From positions 1-63,605 of IMG/VR virus record IMGVR_UViG_3300046779_001075: 63,605 nucleotides of DNA; one strand, given 5' to 3'. The DNA is from a virus. Lineage: Duplodnaviria; Caudoviricetes. The notes under the pieces are model-generated. The model had not been told where the DNA came from. It did not search any database and saw only the letters and a list, made by a program, of their open reading frames with translations. Made by a program: the position numbers and the translations under genes. Shown here piece by piece: positions 47,745 to 56,167 of the stretch; position 1 is the first letter of the stretch; each line of letters begins with the position of its first letter.

Positions 47745-48673
47745 TAGGTGCCCCCAATATACTGCTGACGTGGGACAAAGCGAATAGCCGCCTTCTCGTG
47801 GTCCTCATAAGCGGCCAGCTCCCACGCCTCGTCGTACTGCTGTTTCAACAGCATGATGCGCTCAGCGCCTTCAGGGATTTTACCCGCGATGTAGTACGCC
47901 AACCCAGCAGCCATGCAGGGGATAAATCGGAAAGGTACGTCCATGACGTTGACACCGCCGCCTGCGTCTTGCGTACGGCGAAGACGCCAGTAAACAAACT
48001 GATACGACTGTGCGCCGTCTGGTGTCGGCCATACGGAAACAGCAGGGAGGTTCTGCACGGAAACAGAAGCTGCGGCTGTGTGTGCGGCGGCAGTTGTGCC
48101 ATTCTGACCACGGAAGCAGTACGTCAGGTCGTTGCCACTGATCGCGGTGTAGTTGATTGTTTCGTTGTCAATCTTGATAAACCCAGCGGCTGGCATGCCT
48201 TGGGTCGATGTCAAAGTGATCGTCGAGGCAGTTGACGAGATGCTGCTTGCCAAGGTGGTGATTGGCGCTGCGGTTTGGCCGTCCAAACGTTGGACCCACA
48301 CCTGAATAGGGCGGGCTTGCTGGAGTTTGTTTGGCAGCGTCGCGTAGGTAGAAACACTAATACGCGTGATGGTCAGGTCAGCTTGGTTGGAGACCTGACC
48401 AGCCTGAGTGCGGATGACGTGCTCGAGCAGGTCAACAGTGTCGTTTGGCAGTGCGTAGGTGCTCTGCCCTTGAACCAAGTCAATCTGACCCTGCTCAATC
48501 GTCCACATGTTGATGCCACGGTTGGCCCAGTCGGCGAACATGATGTTGAGACTACGACGCGCTGTGCGCAGGTCATAACCCGAACGCAGTTCACGTCCGG
48601 CCCGCTCGAACGCTTCCTCAACCAGCTCAGACAGGTCGAGGTTAAATGATGAGGTTCCGGATGTGATAGCCAT
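47744..48673 (-). CDS. Head-tail adaptor-like protein
   Basis: EEAFERAG, ARRSLN, WANRG.N.W, WPTPD, PFRFIP. Confidence 0.72.
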   Translation of the reverse strand: MAITSGTSSFNLDLSELVEEAFERAGRELRSGYDLRTARRSLNIMFADWANRGINMWTIEQGQIDLVQGQSTYALPNDTVDLLEHVIRTQAGQVSNQADLTITRISVSTYATLPNKLQQARPIQVWVQRLDGQTAAPITTLASSISSTASTITLTSTQGMPAAGFIKIDNETINYTAISGNDLTYCFRGQNGTTAAAHTAAASVSVQNLPAVSVWPTPDGAQSYQFVYWRLRRTQDAGGGVNVMDVPFRFIPCMAAGLAYYIAGKIPEGAERIMLLKQQYDEAWELAAYEDHEKAAIRFVPRQQYIGGT

Positions 48674-48906
48674 TATCTAAATCCTGCTGTTTTCTTTGCG
48701 ATGTTCTTAGGCTGGGCTACGAACTGCTTCCCGGCTTTTTTGCCAGCGCGTTTTGCACGCGTTGTCGCAGCGTACTCAGCAGGGCTGAGACTTTTAATCG
48801 CAGCTTCTGGAAGGTATCGCTCACCTGTTTTGCTAGACGGTTTTCCACTTTTAGTCCTCCACTTTTGGTCACCCCAATTTTTAAGGGAAGTCTGCGGCGC
48901 TTTCAT
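48673..48906 (-). CDS. Small basic protein, DUF5872-like C-terminal half
   Basis: QTSLKNW..QKWRTKSG...ERYLP...GKQFVAQP. Confidence 0.65.
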   Translation of the reverse strand: MKAPQTSLKNWGDQKWRTKSGKPSSKTGERYLPEAAIKSLSPAEYAATTRAKRAGKKAGKQFVAQPKNIAKKTAGFR

Positions 48907-48907
48907 A

Positions 48908-49186
48908 TCAGTCTCGATACCCGCCGCCAGCGGCTTTGTACTTCTTGGCCACAAGCTGTGCTTTACGGGCCGACCACTGGCCTGCCTTGGTGCCGTGCGT
49001 TGCAGCAGCTTTCACCTGAGACACAATCTTCTTGCGAAGAGATGGCTTAGTGTAGTTGCCCGCAGCATTAACCGAGCCACCGTCAGCGTAGACGTCAACC
49101 GGGTAGTCTCCGTCACGCTTCTTGATGACTTTGGGTTTAGGCATCTTGGAGGCTTTGACTGCCCCCATGCCACGGCTGGCCATCAT
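48908..49186 (-). CDS. Small basic protein, DUF5872-like N-terminal half
   Basis: NYTKPSLR...GQWSARKAQL...GGGY. Confidence 0.65.
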   Translation of the reverse strand: MMASRGMGAVKASKMPKPKVIKKRDGDYPVDVYADGGSVNAAGNYTKPSLRKKIVSQVKAAATHGTKAGQWSARKAQLVAKKYKAAGGGYRD

Positions 49187-49488
49187 TAACGCAGCTTTCC
49201 ACGGGTTTTACCCCGTAATGCAATACCGTCGGCACGGCGCGAAGCGGAAGAACGAGCCATACCACCTTTTTTCATGCCCTGCTCTTGTGCAGGCTGTCCT
49301 TGCATACTCTGGCGTTGGGCCTCGGCAGCAATAGCTTTTTCGCGCTCTTCTTCCTCAGCTGCGGCTTTTTGAGCGCTCCTAGCAATTGAAGCAGGAATTG
49401 CGCCGCCGAAGCCTTTACCAATGAGTCTACCCATTGCGCCTTCGCCAGTAAGCATTCCAACCAACGGAGAAAAATCAGCTAATTTCAT
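49186..49488 (-). CDS. Small protein with MKKGG / DGIAxRGKTRG tail
   Basis: Motif shared with neighbours. Confidence 0.7.
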   Translation of the reverse strand: MKLADFSPLVGMLTGEGAMGRLIGKGFGGAIPASIARSAQKAAAEEEEREKAIAAEAQRQSMQGQPAQEQGMKKGGMARSSASRRADGIALRGKTRGKLR

Positions 49489-49497
49489 GTTAGCCCC

Positions 49498-49752
49498 TTA
49501 GCAGGTTTTGCCGCCGTAGGCCATCTTGACCATAGTGCCCTTGGTCTTACCCTTGGAGCAGCAGCCGTCACCGCGAGTCACACCACCTTTAGCGTAGCCT
49601 TTTTGGCCGCGCACGCCACTACGAGCGTCTTTCTTGTCGGTCGTGTACTCGGTAACACGCAACGATTTTGTGTACGCGTCTTCCAGTTTGCCTTGGTCTT
49701 TTGCGTCCTTGGCCTCTTGCATTGCTTCCGCGATCATTTCTTTAGTAGCCAT
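49498..49752 (-). CDS. Small protein with YAKGG / DGCCSKGKTKG tail
   Basis: Motif shared with neighbours. Confidence 0.7.
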   Translation of the reverse strand: MATKEMIAEAMQEAKDAKDQGKLEDAYTKSLRVTEYTTDKKDARSGVRGQKGYAKGGVTRGDGCCSKGKTKGTMVKMAYGGKTC

Positions 49753-49760
49753 GTTTCACC

Positions 49761-50333
49761 TCAATAAGTTCTTGCTTTACGTGCACCACGAGCGATGCCC
49801 CAACCTTTGACAGAGCCGCCCTTCTTCATACCTTCCTCAGCGGCACGTTCGTACATATTACGAACACCGCGAGACGTAGCGCTGTTGGCCATGTAATCAC
49901 CCGACATTGCGCCTGATGCCTTTGGGTCACGGCGTGGCACATAGTCGCGCATGAGTGCCTCACGCGGATCAGCCGCTGGTGCACGTGAGCGATATGCTCT
50001 TGCGCCTTCCTCGGGGGTCACAAAGTTAGAAGCGGGGTTCGCAACAGGCTTTGGACGGCGCTTGGGTGCGAGTTCAGCATCGCGCATCTCGTCCAGCATG
50101 CGGCTACCTTTTTCTTGGTTGCCTGCCGCCACTGCGTCTTCCATGATCTTCTGCGACTCAGGGGACGCGTTTGCGGCCTCCAATGGGTCCATCTCTGCAG
50201 CCGTAGACGTGCTTGGCGCTGAAGCCACAGATGGAGCAGCAGCTTCTTCGCCCTTCACCGCCTTATTGCGAGAGGCCATGTAAGCTAGACCAGCCAATGC
50301 GGCCAGACCAGCTAAGTTCTTTTTACGGGCCAT
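49761..50333 (-). CDS. Protein with N-terminal hydrophobic segment and MKKGG tail
   Basis: LAGLAALAGLAYMA; GMKKGGSVKGWGIARG. Confidence 0.7.
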   Translation of the reverse strand: MARKKNLAGLAALAGLAYMASRNKAVKGEEAAAPSVASAPSTSTAAEMDPLEAANASPESQKIMEDAVAAGNQEKGSRMLDEMRDAELAPKRRPKPVANPASNFVTPEEGARAYRSRAPAADPREALMRDYVPRRDPKASGAMSGDYMANSATSRGVRNMYERAAEEGMKKGGSVKGWGIARGARKARTY

Positions 50334-50346
50334 ATCTACCCCCTAA

Positions 50347-50865
50347 TCAGCACTTACCACCGCGTTTCATCGCGATCTGGGTGCCCTTGGTTTGACCTTT
50401 TTTGATGACACCATCAGGCTTAGAGCTGGTCTTGACCGCGCCCATCTTGGTCATGCCACCAGACTTCATGCCAGCGTGGGCCTTAGACGCAGGGGCTGCG
50501 GCGTGGGCTTTCAAGGAAGTGGCAATGCCACCCTTGGCCATTTTGGCTTCGGCCATCTCATGTTTAATCATGGACTTGGGAGCGCCCTTCTTTTTCATGA
50601 AGCTCACTTCTTTGGCCATCATTGCTTTGGATTCTTTCATATCGCCACCTTCTTTAAACATTTGGGTTTTACCGTGCCGGGTCTCCGGCTTGTTGATCTT
50701 CTGCAAGTCAGCACGCGATTTTGTCGCGCCTTTGAACTTCAGACCCTTACTTGCCTCACTAAACTCCTTGGCTACAGTTTGCGGCACGCCAGCTGCTTTC
50801 GCAAAGGCCGGGTTGTGCGCGGCGGCATCCATGAATTTTTTCTGTTTGTCACTTGTTGCTGGCAT
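50347..50865 (-). CDS. Basic protein with four xxxGG motifs
   Basis: MPATSDKQKKFM; FKEGG, MAKGG, MKSGG, MKRGG; DGVIKKGQTKG. Confidence 0.72.
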   Translation of the reverse strand: MPATSDKQKKFMDAAAHNPAFAKAAGVPQTVAKEFSEASKGLKFKGATKSRADLQKINKPETRHGKTQMFKEGGDMKESKAMMAKEVSFMKKKGAPKSMIKHEMAEAKMAKGGIATSLKAHAAAPASKAHAGMKSGGMTKMGAVKTSSKPDGVIKKGQTKGTQIAMKRGGKC

Positions 50866-50866
50866 A

Positions 50867-51055
50867 TCAGACCTTAAAGGGCAAACCTTTGCCCGCAAGA
50901 TACCCGGCGGCTAAAAGGCCAATCCAGATCAGAACCTTCTCTACAACAGTCTTACCGACTTTCTTGTAGAACTCAGACGACAGTTCCTCAAGGGCAAGCT
51001 TTGCCGCTTCCTTGGCCACCAATCGTTCGCGGTCAGTCAGTTCAATCTCGGTCAT
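50867..51055 (-). CDS. Small membrane protein
   Basis: FYKKVGK followed by hydrophobic segment. Confidence 0.65.
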   Translation of the reverse strand: MTEIELTDRERLVAKEAAKLALEELSSEFYKKVGKTVVEKVLIWIGLLAAGYLAGKGLPFKV

Positions 51056-51056
51056 A

Positions 51057-51311
51057 TCAGCACTTCCAACGCGCCAACGCAGCGGCTTTGCGAGTAGGTC
51101 TACCCTTCTCGTCTTTCATCGGGCCCGGCATGCCAGACATGCGTGCGCAGAACGAATCCTTGCGCTTGCCGCCTTGTGGCTGGGGAGCTTTCAAGTTACT
51201 GCCTGTGGCAGCGTTGTATTTGGCACGGCCCTTGGCTGTCAACCCAGCGCCCTTGGACACCGGCAACTTCTCACCACGACCTACAGCAAGCGATGGGGTT
51301 TTCTTAGCCAT
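51057..51311 (-). CDS. Small basic protein, DUF6321-like
   Basis: GLTAKGRA.YN..TGSNLKAP...SFCARM...RWKC. Confidence 0.68.
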   Translation of the reverse strand: MAKKTPSLAVGRGEKLPVSKGAGLTAKGRAKYNAATGSNLKAPQPQGGKRKDSFCARMSGMPGPMKDEKGRPTRKAAALARWKC

Positions 51312-52053
51312 TGACGACTTTCAGTTTGGGAGTGCAGTGCTCTTCAAGCAGCGGCTTCAACACATCTTCAGCGAAGTCACGGGTGAACTTCTCTTGGCCA
51401 ACGTGCGGCAAGCTGATCGAGGGGTCAAGGAAAACTGTGAAGCCGTCCTCAGTGGCGCGGTCGCAGAACAAATAATCCTCGCCATAGTACTCGCCGTTGA
51501 CGATCTTCAAGTCAAAGATGGCGCTGTCTGTACGGTTATCGACGTTGTTGAGGTAGTTCCACTCAGGGTGCTTGGCAATCATCGTCTCAAGGACGTGACG
51601 CTGGATCATCATGAACCCGGTACCGATACGCTTCACACGAAGCAAGCCGTTCTTGTCAAACTCCAAGCCACCGTGCTCGTCGAGATAGTAGTCGAGGAAG
51701 AATTTGCGGTCCATACCACGGCGTGGGTAGATGCCAGCTGTGATGTCTTTGTCCAAGCTCAGCGCCATGAGGCGCAGCACTGCATCAGCGGTGACCACCA
51801 CGTCGGCATCGACAAACAGAAGCGTGTCTGCGTCAGATTTGAGGAAGTCCGCAACCAAGCAGTTGCGAGCCTTCGTAATAAGGGAACACCCCGAGAGGTG
51901 CGTGAGATAGAGCTTAACCCCCAACGACTGGACCTGAACGGCCAGATTGGACAAGGCAAAGGCTGAATCAATGTTCAGCTTGCCGTCGTAAGCGGGGATC
52001 GCAACCATGAGTTTGCGGCCCGCTAGGTTAATGCTCTTCTCGTTATCAGGCAT
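51304..52053 (-). CDS. GT-A fold (family 2-like) glycosyltransferase
   Basis: VAIPAY, ITKARN, LFVDADV (DxD), GTGFMMI, GEDYLFC, HVG. Confidence 0.82.
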   Translation of the reverse strand: MPDNEKSINLAGRKLMVAIPAYDGKLNIDSAFALSNLAVQVQSLGVKLYLTHLSGCSLITKARNCLVADFLKSDADTLLFVDADVVVTADAVLRLMALSLDKDITAGIYPRRGMDRKFFLDYYLDEHGGLEFDKNGLLRVKRIGTGFMMIQRHVLETMIAKHPEWNYLNNVDNRTDSAIFDLKIVNGEYYGEDYLFCDRATEDGFTVFLDPSISLPHVGQEKFTRDFAEDVLKPLLEEHCTPKLKVVNG

Positions 52054-52324
52054 AGAACACCGTTACTTTGGCGTTGGACAAGGTAGCGTAAATGCTGGTC
52101 TCGAACAACACGCCTTCAGCTGGGATCAGAACGTTGAAGGTCTCACCGTTTGCCACAGTGTTCAAGGTCATGATGGTTGTGCCGCTGGAGCCGCCATCTT
52201 TCAGGATGACACTGCCCGTGGAACCGCCGGGTTCAATCACTACGCCACGCAGTCGTGCGCGGCCACCAGCGACTGAGCCGGAAGCGGCCAGCGATATGGC
52301 TTTAACGTCGGTTTGCATACTCAT
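52046..52324 (-). CDS. Small beta-rich virion (decoration-like) protein
   Basis: MQTDVK...GVLFETSIY...VTVFY; AGGAG RBS; head module. Confidence 0.65.
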   Translation of the reverse strand: MSMQTDVKAISLAASGSVAGGRARLRGVVIEPGGSTGSVILKDGGSSGTTIMTLNTVANGETFNVLIPAEGVLFETSIYATLSNAKVTVFYA

Positions 52325-52342
52325 AATCAATCTCCTGTGAAG

Positions 52343-52360
52343 CAGGGGCCGAAGCCCCTG
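52343..52360 (-). terminator. UUCG hairpin (terminator or stabiliser)
   Basis: CAGGGGC-TTCG-GCCCCTG on minus strand; weak U tract. Confidence 0.55.
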
Positions 52361-52367
52361 AGATCAA

Positions 52368-52583
52368 TTAAGAAGCAGCGATCGCTGTACCTGCGGGAGA
52401 AATCCAGTTAGAACCGTTCCAGACGGCCAAGCAAGGTGCGCCAGCCAAACCGTTAGAAACGTAGATAACTTGGCCTGTGGTTTTGTCGGCAGCTGCAATA
52501 GCGTTAGCCGAAGTCACAGTGTAGGTAGGAGCGATGAAGCCGTTTGTCGATGCGACTGGGCCGGAGAAGGTAGTGCGTGCCAT
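52368..52583 (-). CDS. Small virion protein (head fibre/decoration-like)
   Basis: MARTTFSGPV...GQVIYVSN...WNGSNW; GAGG RBS. Confidence 0.7.
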   Translation of the reverse strand: MARTTFSGPVASTNGFIAPTYTVTSANAIAAADKTTGQVIYVSNGLAGAPCLAVWNGSNWISPAGTAIAAS

Positions 52584-52589
52584 GATGAT

Positions 52590-52662
52590 TCCTCATGCGG
52601 TTAAGGCGTATCTGTCTGCATGACGTCGGCCCGGAGCCGTCAGATACACCGGAAAGTCCGGG
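52590..52662 (-). ncRNA. Candidate pseudoknotted RNA leader downstream of capsid gene
   Basis: GGTGTATCTG/CAGATACGCC stem, inner CGGC/GCCG hairpin, TCATGC pairing with GCATGA overlapping the RBS. Confidence 0.55.
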
Positions 52663-52681
52663 AGTTGGTGCAATATACACC

Positions 52682-52708
52682 AAAAGAAAAAGGGGCACAA
52701 GGCCCCTT
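52682..52708 (-). terminator. Terminator after major capsid gene, overlapping a possible promoter
   Basis: AAGGGGC-CTTGT-GCCCCTT + T tract; TTGTGC-17-TATATT. Confidence 0.85.
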
Positions 52709-52743
52709 CTTCGCTGGATGGTCGGGAGTACCGACCTAACCGA

Positions 52744-53676
52744 TCAGGACGAACCCGAAGAGCCCCAGATACCCAGAGCGTCAGACCAGCCGAAGCTGTA
52801 ACGCTCACGGGCCTTGTAACGGACGTTACCGGTGTCGAAGTCGCCGTCCATGCTGTTTTGCAGCGGTGTACGAACGAAGTGCTTCAGACCGTTAGGCACG
52901 TCTGTGGTCAAGAACCAAGCGTTGGTGTCAGTCAAGAAGTTGTTGACTGTGTAACCCTCTGGCACGGAGCCGTTGTTGTTGATCGCGTTGATGTCGTTAT
53001 CAGCGGTACCAACACGCAGGCTGGTTTCCAACAAACGAGTCGCAACGAACTGCAGACTTGGAGGGACAATCATCTTCTTGGGCTTAGCAGCGATCAACAG
53101 ACCACGTTCATCAGTCCAAGCAGCGATCTGGATAACGGCGGCTTCCAAGGAAGTCTCGTTCAGGTCAGCTTGAGTAGATGGAGTGTTGCTGTTGGTGCCA
53201 CCAGAAACCAATGGGTGGTTGACCAAAGTGCCGCCGCTGTTGTAGCCGAACAACGATACGCCGTCGCCACCCAGATAAGCACCGTTGAAGCCGTTGTTCA
53301 AAACAGCGGCAGCTTTGACTTGCTTGGTGTAAGCCATAGCGCGGGCCAAAGACTTGGTGTAACGAGCAGACAGGCTGTCGTACAAGTTATCTTCCACAGC
53401 TTCTTCAGTGATGGAGAAACCGAGGGCGATAGTCTCGTGGTTGTATCGAGTGGACCATGCTTCTTGAGCGTTGTCATAAGCGATGGCGGAGCCTTCGTTC
53501 TTGACAGGAGCTGCGGAGAAGCCAGACAACTTCACCTCTTCTTCAAAGCTACGCTCAGAAGTTTCGGTTTCGTAAATCTCTTTGTGTTGCTCACCATAAC
53601 GAGCGTACTCCATACCGAACAAAGCGTTCAAGCCGGGGAGCAGTTCCTTGAGCAGTTGTGCGCGTGAAATAGCCAT
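52744..53676 (-). CDS. Major capsid protein
   Basis: MAISRAQLLKELLPGLNALFG, GDFDTGNVRYKARERYSFGWSD; strong codon bias; followed by terminator. Confidence 0.92.
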   Translation of the reverse strand: MAISRAQLLKELLPGLNALFGMEYARYGEQHKEIYETETSERSFEEEVKLSGFSAAPVKNEGSAIAYDNAQEAWSTRYNHETIALGFSITEEAVEDNLYDSLSARYTKSLARAMAYTKQVKAAAVLNNGFNGAYLGGDGVSLFGYNSGGTLVNHPLVSGGTNSNTPSTQADLNETSLEAAVIQIAAWTDERGLLIAAKPKKMIVPPSLQFVATRLLETSLRVGTADNDINAINNNGSVPEGYTVNNFLTDTNAWFLTTDVPNGLKHFVRTPLQNSMDGDFDTGNVRYKARERYSFGWSDALGIWGSSGSS

Positions 53677-53686
53677 GTTTTACTCC

Positions 53687-54283
53687 TTAAACACCAGTGG
53701 TGTTGTTGTATTGGTGAGTGTTGATCTTCACCAACAACTCGGTGTAGCCACCGGTGCTGAGAGCGGTCTCAGGAACCACGTCGATAACACGCAATGGGAT
53801 GGTTGCAGTTGTGCCAGCACCGGTCAATGTCACAGCAAAAGCCGAATTGCCAGTAGAGGTAGAACCTGCGTTCAATACCAAAGCAACGTTAGAGCCAACA
53901 TCAGCGCGGCTCGCGGTGCCCATAGTTGTACCAGAGGTAACAACGGCCACTTTGAACAAAGCTTGTTGGTCATCCACAACGTAAGCGTAGGCTGGGCTAC
54001 CAGAGGTAGAAGCCAAAGCGGGGATGTACTGACCTTGCACTGTTTGACCAGACGAGTTCACGTACTGACCGCCAACGCAAACGCCAACGATGTTGCCGCT
54101 GTTAGTGGTGGTTGATTTAACCAAGAAACCGTCGCTGCCGATCAACACTGTATCGCCATTGAAAATGGCGGTAGCGAAGCCAGCGGCAACAGGAATCTGA
54201 CGAATTGCACCGGCGTAGGGCTTACCATCAAGCGAATTGATGGGCTCCAAGCCATAAGGTGCCGAAACGGTAGGGTATGCCAT
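53687..54283 (-). CDS. Capsid cement/decoration protein
   Basis: MAYPTVSAPYGL.P, IFNGD, AYVVDD; immediately upstream of MCP. Confidence 0.7.
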   Translation of the reverse strand: MAYPTVSAPYGLEPINSLDGKPYAGAIRQIPVAAGFATAIFNGDTVLIGSDGFLVKSTTTNSGNIVGVCVGGQYVNSSGQTVQGQYIPALASTSGSPAYAYVVDDQQALFKVAVVTSGTTMGTASRADVGSNVALVLNAGSTSTGNSAFAVTLTGAGTTATIPLRVIDVVPETALSTGGYTELLVKINTHQYNNTTGV

Positions 54284-54298
54284 TTAGGACTCCAAAAT

Positions 54299-54763
54299 TT
54301 AAGAACCAGAACCGAAAGTAACCTTCGACTTCTTGTCCGAGAACAAGGGCATGCGAGGATCACTCTCACGAAGAAAATTGTTGTCCACGGACTCCATTTG
54401 AGACTTGTTCTGGTTAGCGTAATACGCTGCCCGTTGTTCCAAGAACTCCGACGGAATACGACAGAGCAACAAACCGCCCACTTCTACGTTGCCTTTAAAG
54501 CGACCTTCAGTGGTAGCGTGCATCATGAGCTCAGGATAGTCCTCTGCTTTGCAGGGCTCGTATCCTTCGCGGAACTTAGAAGAAATATTTGATGGGTCAG
54601 ATGTACCCAACGTACTGATCCGAATCCAGCGATGAGTCCAGCCGGGGCGGGCATCAGGGCTAGGCAGTGTCTCTGGGGGACGCCACGCTGTTGCGCGTTG
54701 CGACACCGCACGACTATCTACGTCACGGGCCAATCGGTTTTGTTTAGTACCTGTTTCCATCAT
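54299..54763 (-). CDS. Conserved head-module protein
   Basis: WRPPETLP, HRWIR, REGYEP, VGGLLLCRIP. Confidence 0.72.
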   Translation of the reverse strand: MMETGTKQNRLARDVDSRAVSQRATAWRPPETLPSPDARPGWTHRWIRISTLGTSDPSNISSKFREGYEPCKAEDYPELMMHATTEGRFKGNVEVGGLLLCRIPSEFLEQRAAYYANQNKSQMESVDNNFLRESDPRMPLFSDKKSKVTFGSGS

Positions 54764-55743
54764 TCACCTCTTTTCAGCAAAGCAACCTGTTTAGCATATT
54801 GTTCCAAAGGGACCCCAAGACGGCGAGCGATCGCTGCTTCGGATGCCTTCAAACGAATGCGGTTAGGCGGGGTGCTGCGTGAAGCCGGAGCTACAACGGC
54901 AGCGGGTTTTGTTGCACGGCGGGGAGTTTCCTCTTCAGCCGGTTCTGACGTCTTTCGTGGAGGCGTTTCGTCATCCTCATAGCTCTGCTCACCTTCAAAG
55001 TGCTCAGGAAATCTTTTGCGCATCGTTTCGTCGATGGTTTTGAAGTACTCTTCAGTACCTACATAGCCCGCACCATACTGCTTTGCTAACTTTCTGTCAA
55101 GCCCCATTGCAGTCATAGTCATTTCGTCGTCAACTCCCCACCAGTCAGAGTTGTTGTCCACCCACTTTTTAGTGCGGGGGCTCATCTGGGGGGCCTCGGC
55201 TTGAGCAGCAGGTTTGAAGTCCTCCTTCTCCTCCACCTCGATAGGTCGCAGACCTTGGGCCTTCTCAACCTTCAAAGTGGCACGAGCGATCTCAGCTTGG
55301 GCATCAGCCAGCGCGTCTACGTCGCCTGACTCGTACGCCTCTTTGTACTTCTTCTTGGCCGAAGACAACTCAATATCAGCAGTGGATTTGGACTGCTCGA
55401 TATAGGCTTGGCTACCGGTGGCAAGCTGCTGTTGGAGACGCTTGTTCTCCTCGAGAACCTGCTTGGCGTAGGCTTCAGCGGCGAGGCGCTCGCGCTCCGC
55501 AGTCTCTTTGGCCCGACGCTCATCGTGGTAACCACGAGTGAACTTCTTGATACGCGCTTGGACCTTCTCGTCGTATGAGTTCAACTCGTCATCGGTTGGG
55601 TCTTCTGGGGGTGGCGCAGCTTTGCGACCACGGTCCGAAGGAGGCGCATCGTCTTCTACGACGATCTCAACCTTGTCTTTTTCGGCGGCTTCTTTTTCGT
55701 CGGGGAACTCAAATTCCTCGCCTTTAAACTCTGGCAATGGCAT
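54760..55743 (-). CDS. Scaffolding protein
   Basis: Acidic coiled coil; C-terminal AIARRLGVPLEQYAK. Confidence 0.75.
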   Translation of the reverse strand: MPLPEFKGEEFEFPDEKEAAEKDKVEIVVEDDAPPSDRGRKAAPPPEDPTDDELNSYDEKVQARIKKFTRGYHDERRAKETAERERLAAEAYAKQVLEENKRLQQQLATGSQAYIEQSKSTADIELSSAKKKYKEAYESGDVDALADAQAEIARATLKVEKAQGLRPIEVEEKEDFKPAAQAEAPQMSPRTKKWVDNNSDWWGVDDEMTMTAMGLDRKLAKQYGAGYVGTEEYFKTIDETMRKRFPEHFEGEQSYEDDETPPRKTSEPAEEETPRRATKPAAVVAPASRSTPPNRIRLKASEAAIARRLGVPLEQYAKQVALLKRGE

Positions 55744-55753
55744 GTTTTACTCC

Positions 55754-56167
55754 TTACGATGCACGTGTGATACCACGGGGGTCTTGGACAACGGCCTCAA
55801 CCGAATCATCATTGATGATGCGGAACTCTCGACCGTGAATCTTCAAGCGGGTGCCTGAATTGGGGCGCACGATGACAAAGTCACCTTCTTGGCACGACGG
55901 ACCGGATGGGAAGCGTGTCTCATCTTTGTACGCGTCAGGGCCGAGCTTCACTACGAACAACACCGAGGTCAGGACCTCTTCGTGATACATAGCTTGGCTA
56001 GATTTGAGAATACCAATCTCGCTTTCAGCGTACTGCTCCATAGCCTCGGGGACTACGCACAGCACATGAAAACGCTTGGGATCAGGCAGTTGCTTGGCTT
56101 TATCTTCTGCGGGTTTATTCAGCAGACCTGACAGGTCCACCGCGCCCGCTAAATTAAGTTCACTCAT
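55754..56167 (-). CDS. GroES/Cpn10-like co-chaperonin
   Basis: VVKLGPDAY, GDFVIV...SGTR..I.G.EFRIINDD.VEAVV. Confidence 0.82.
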   Translation of the reverse strand: MSELNLAGAVDLSGLLNKPAEDKAKQLPDPKRFHVLCVVPEAMEQYAESEIGILKSSQAMYHEEVLTSVLFVVKLGPDAYKDETRFPSGPSCQEGDFVIVRPNSGTRLKIHGREFRIINDDSVEAVVQDPRGITRAS

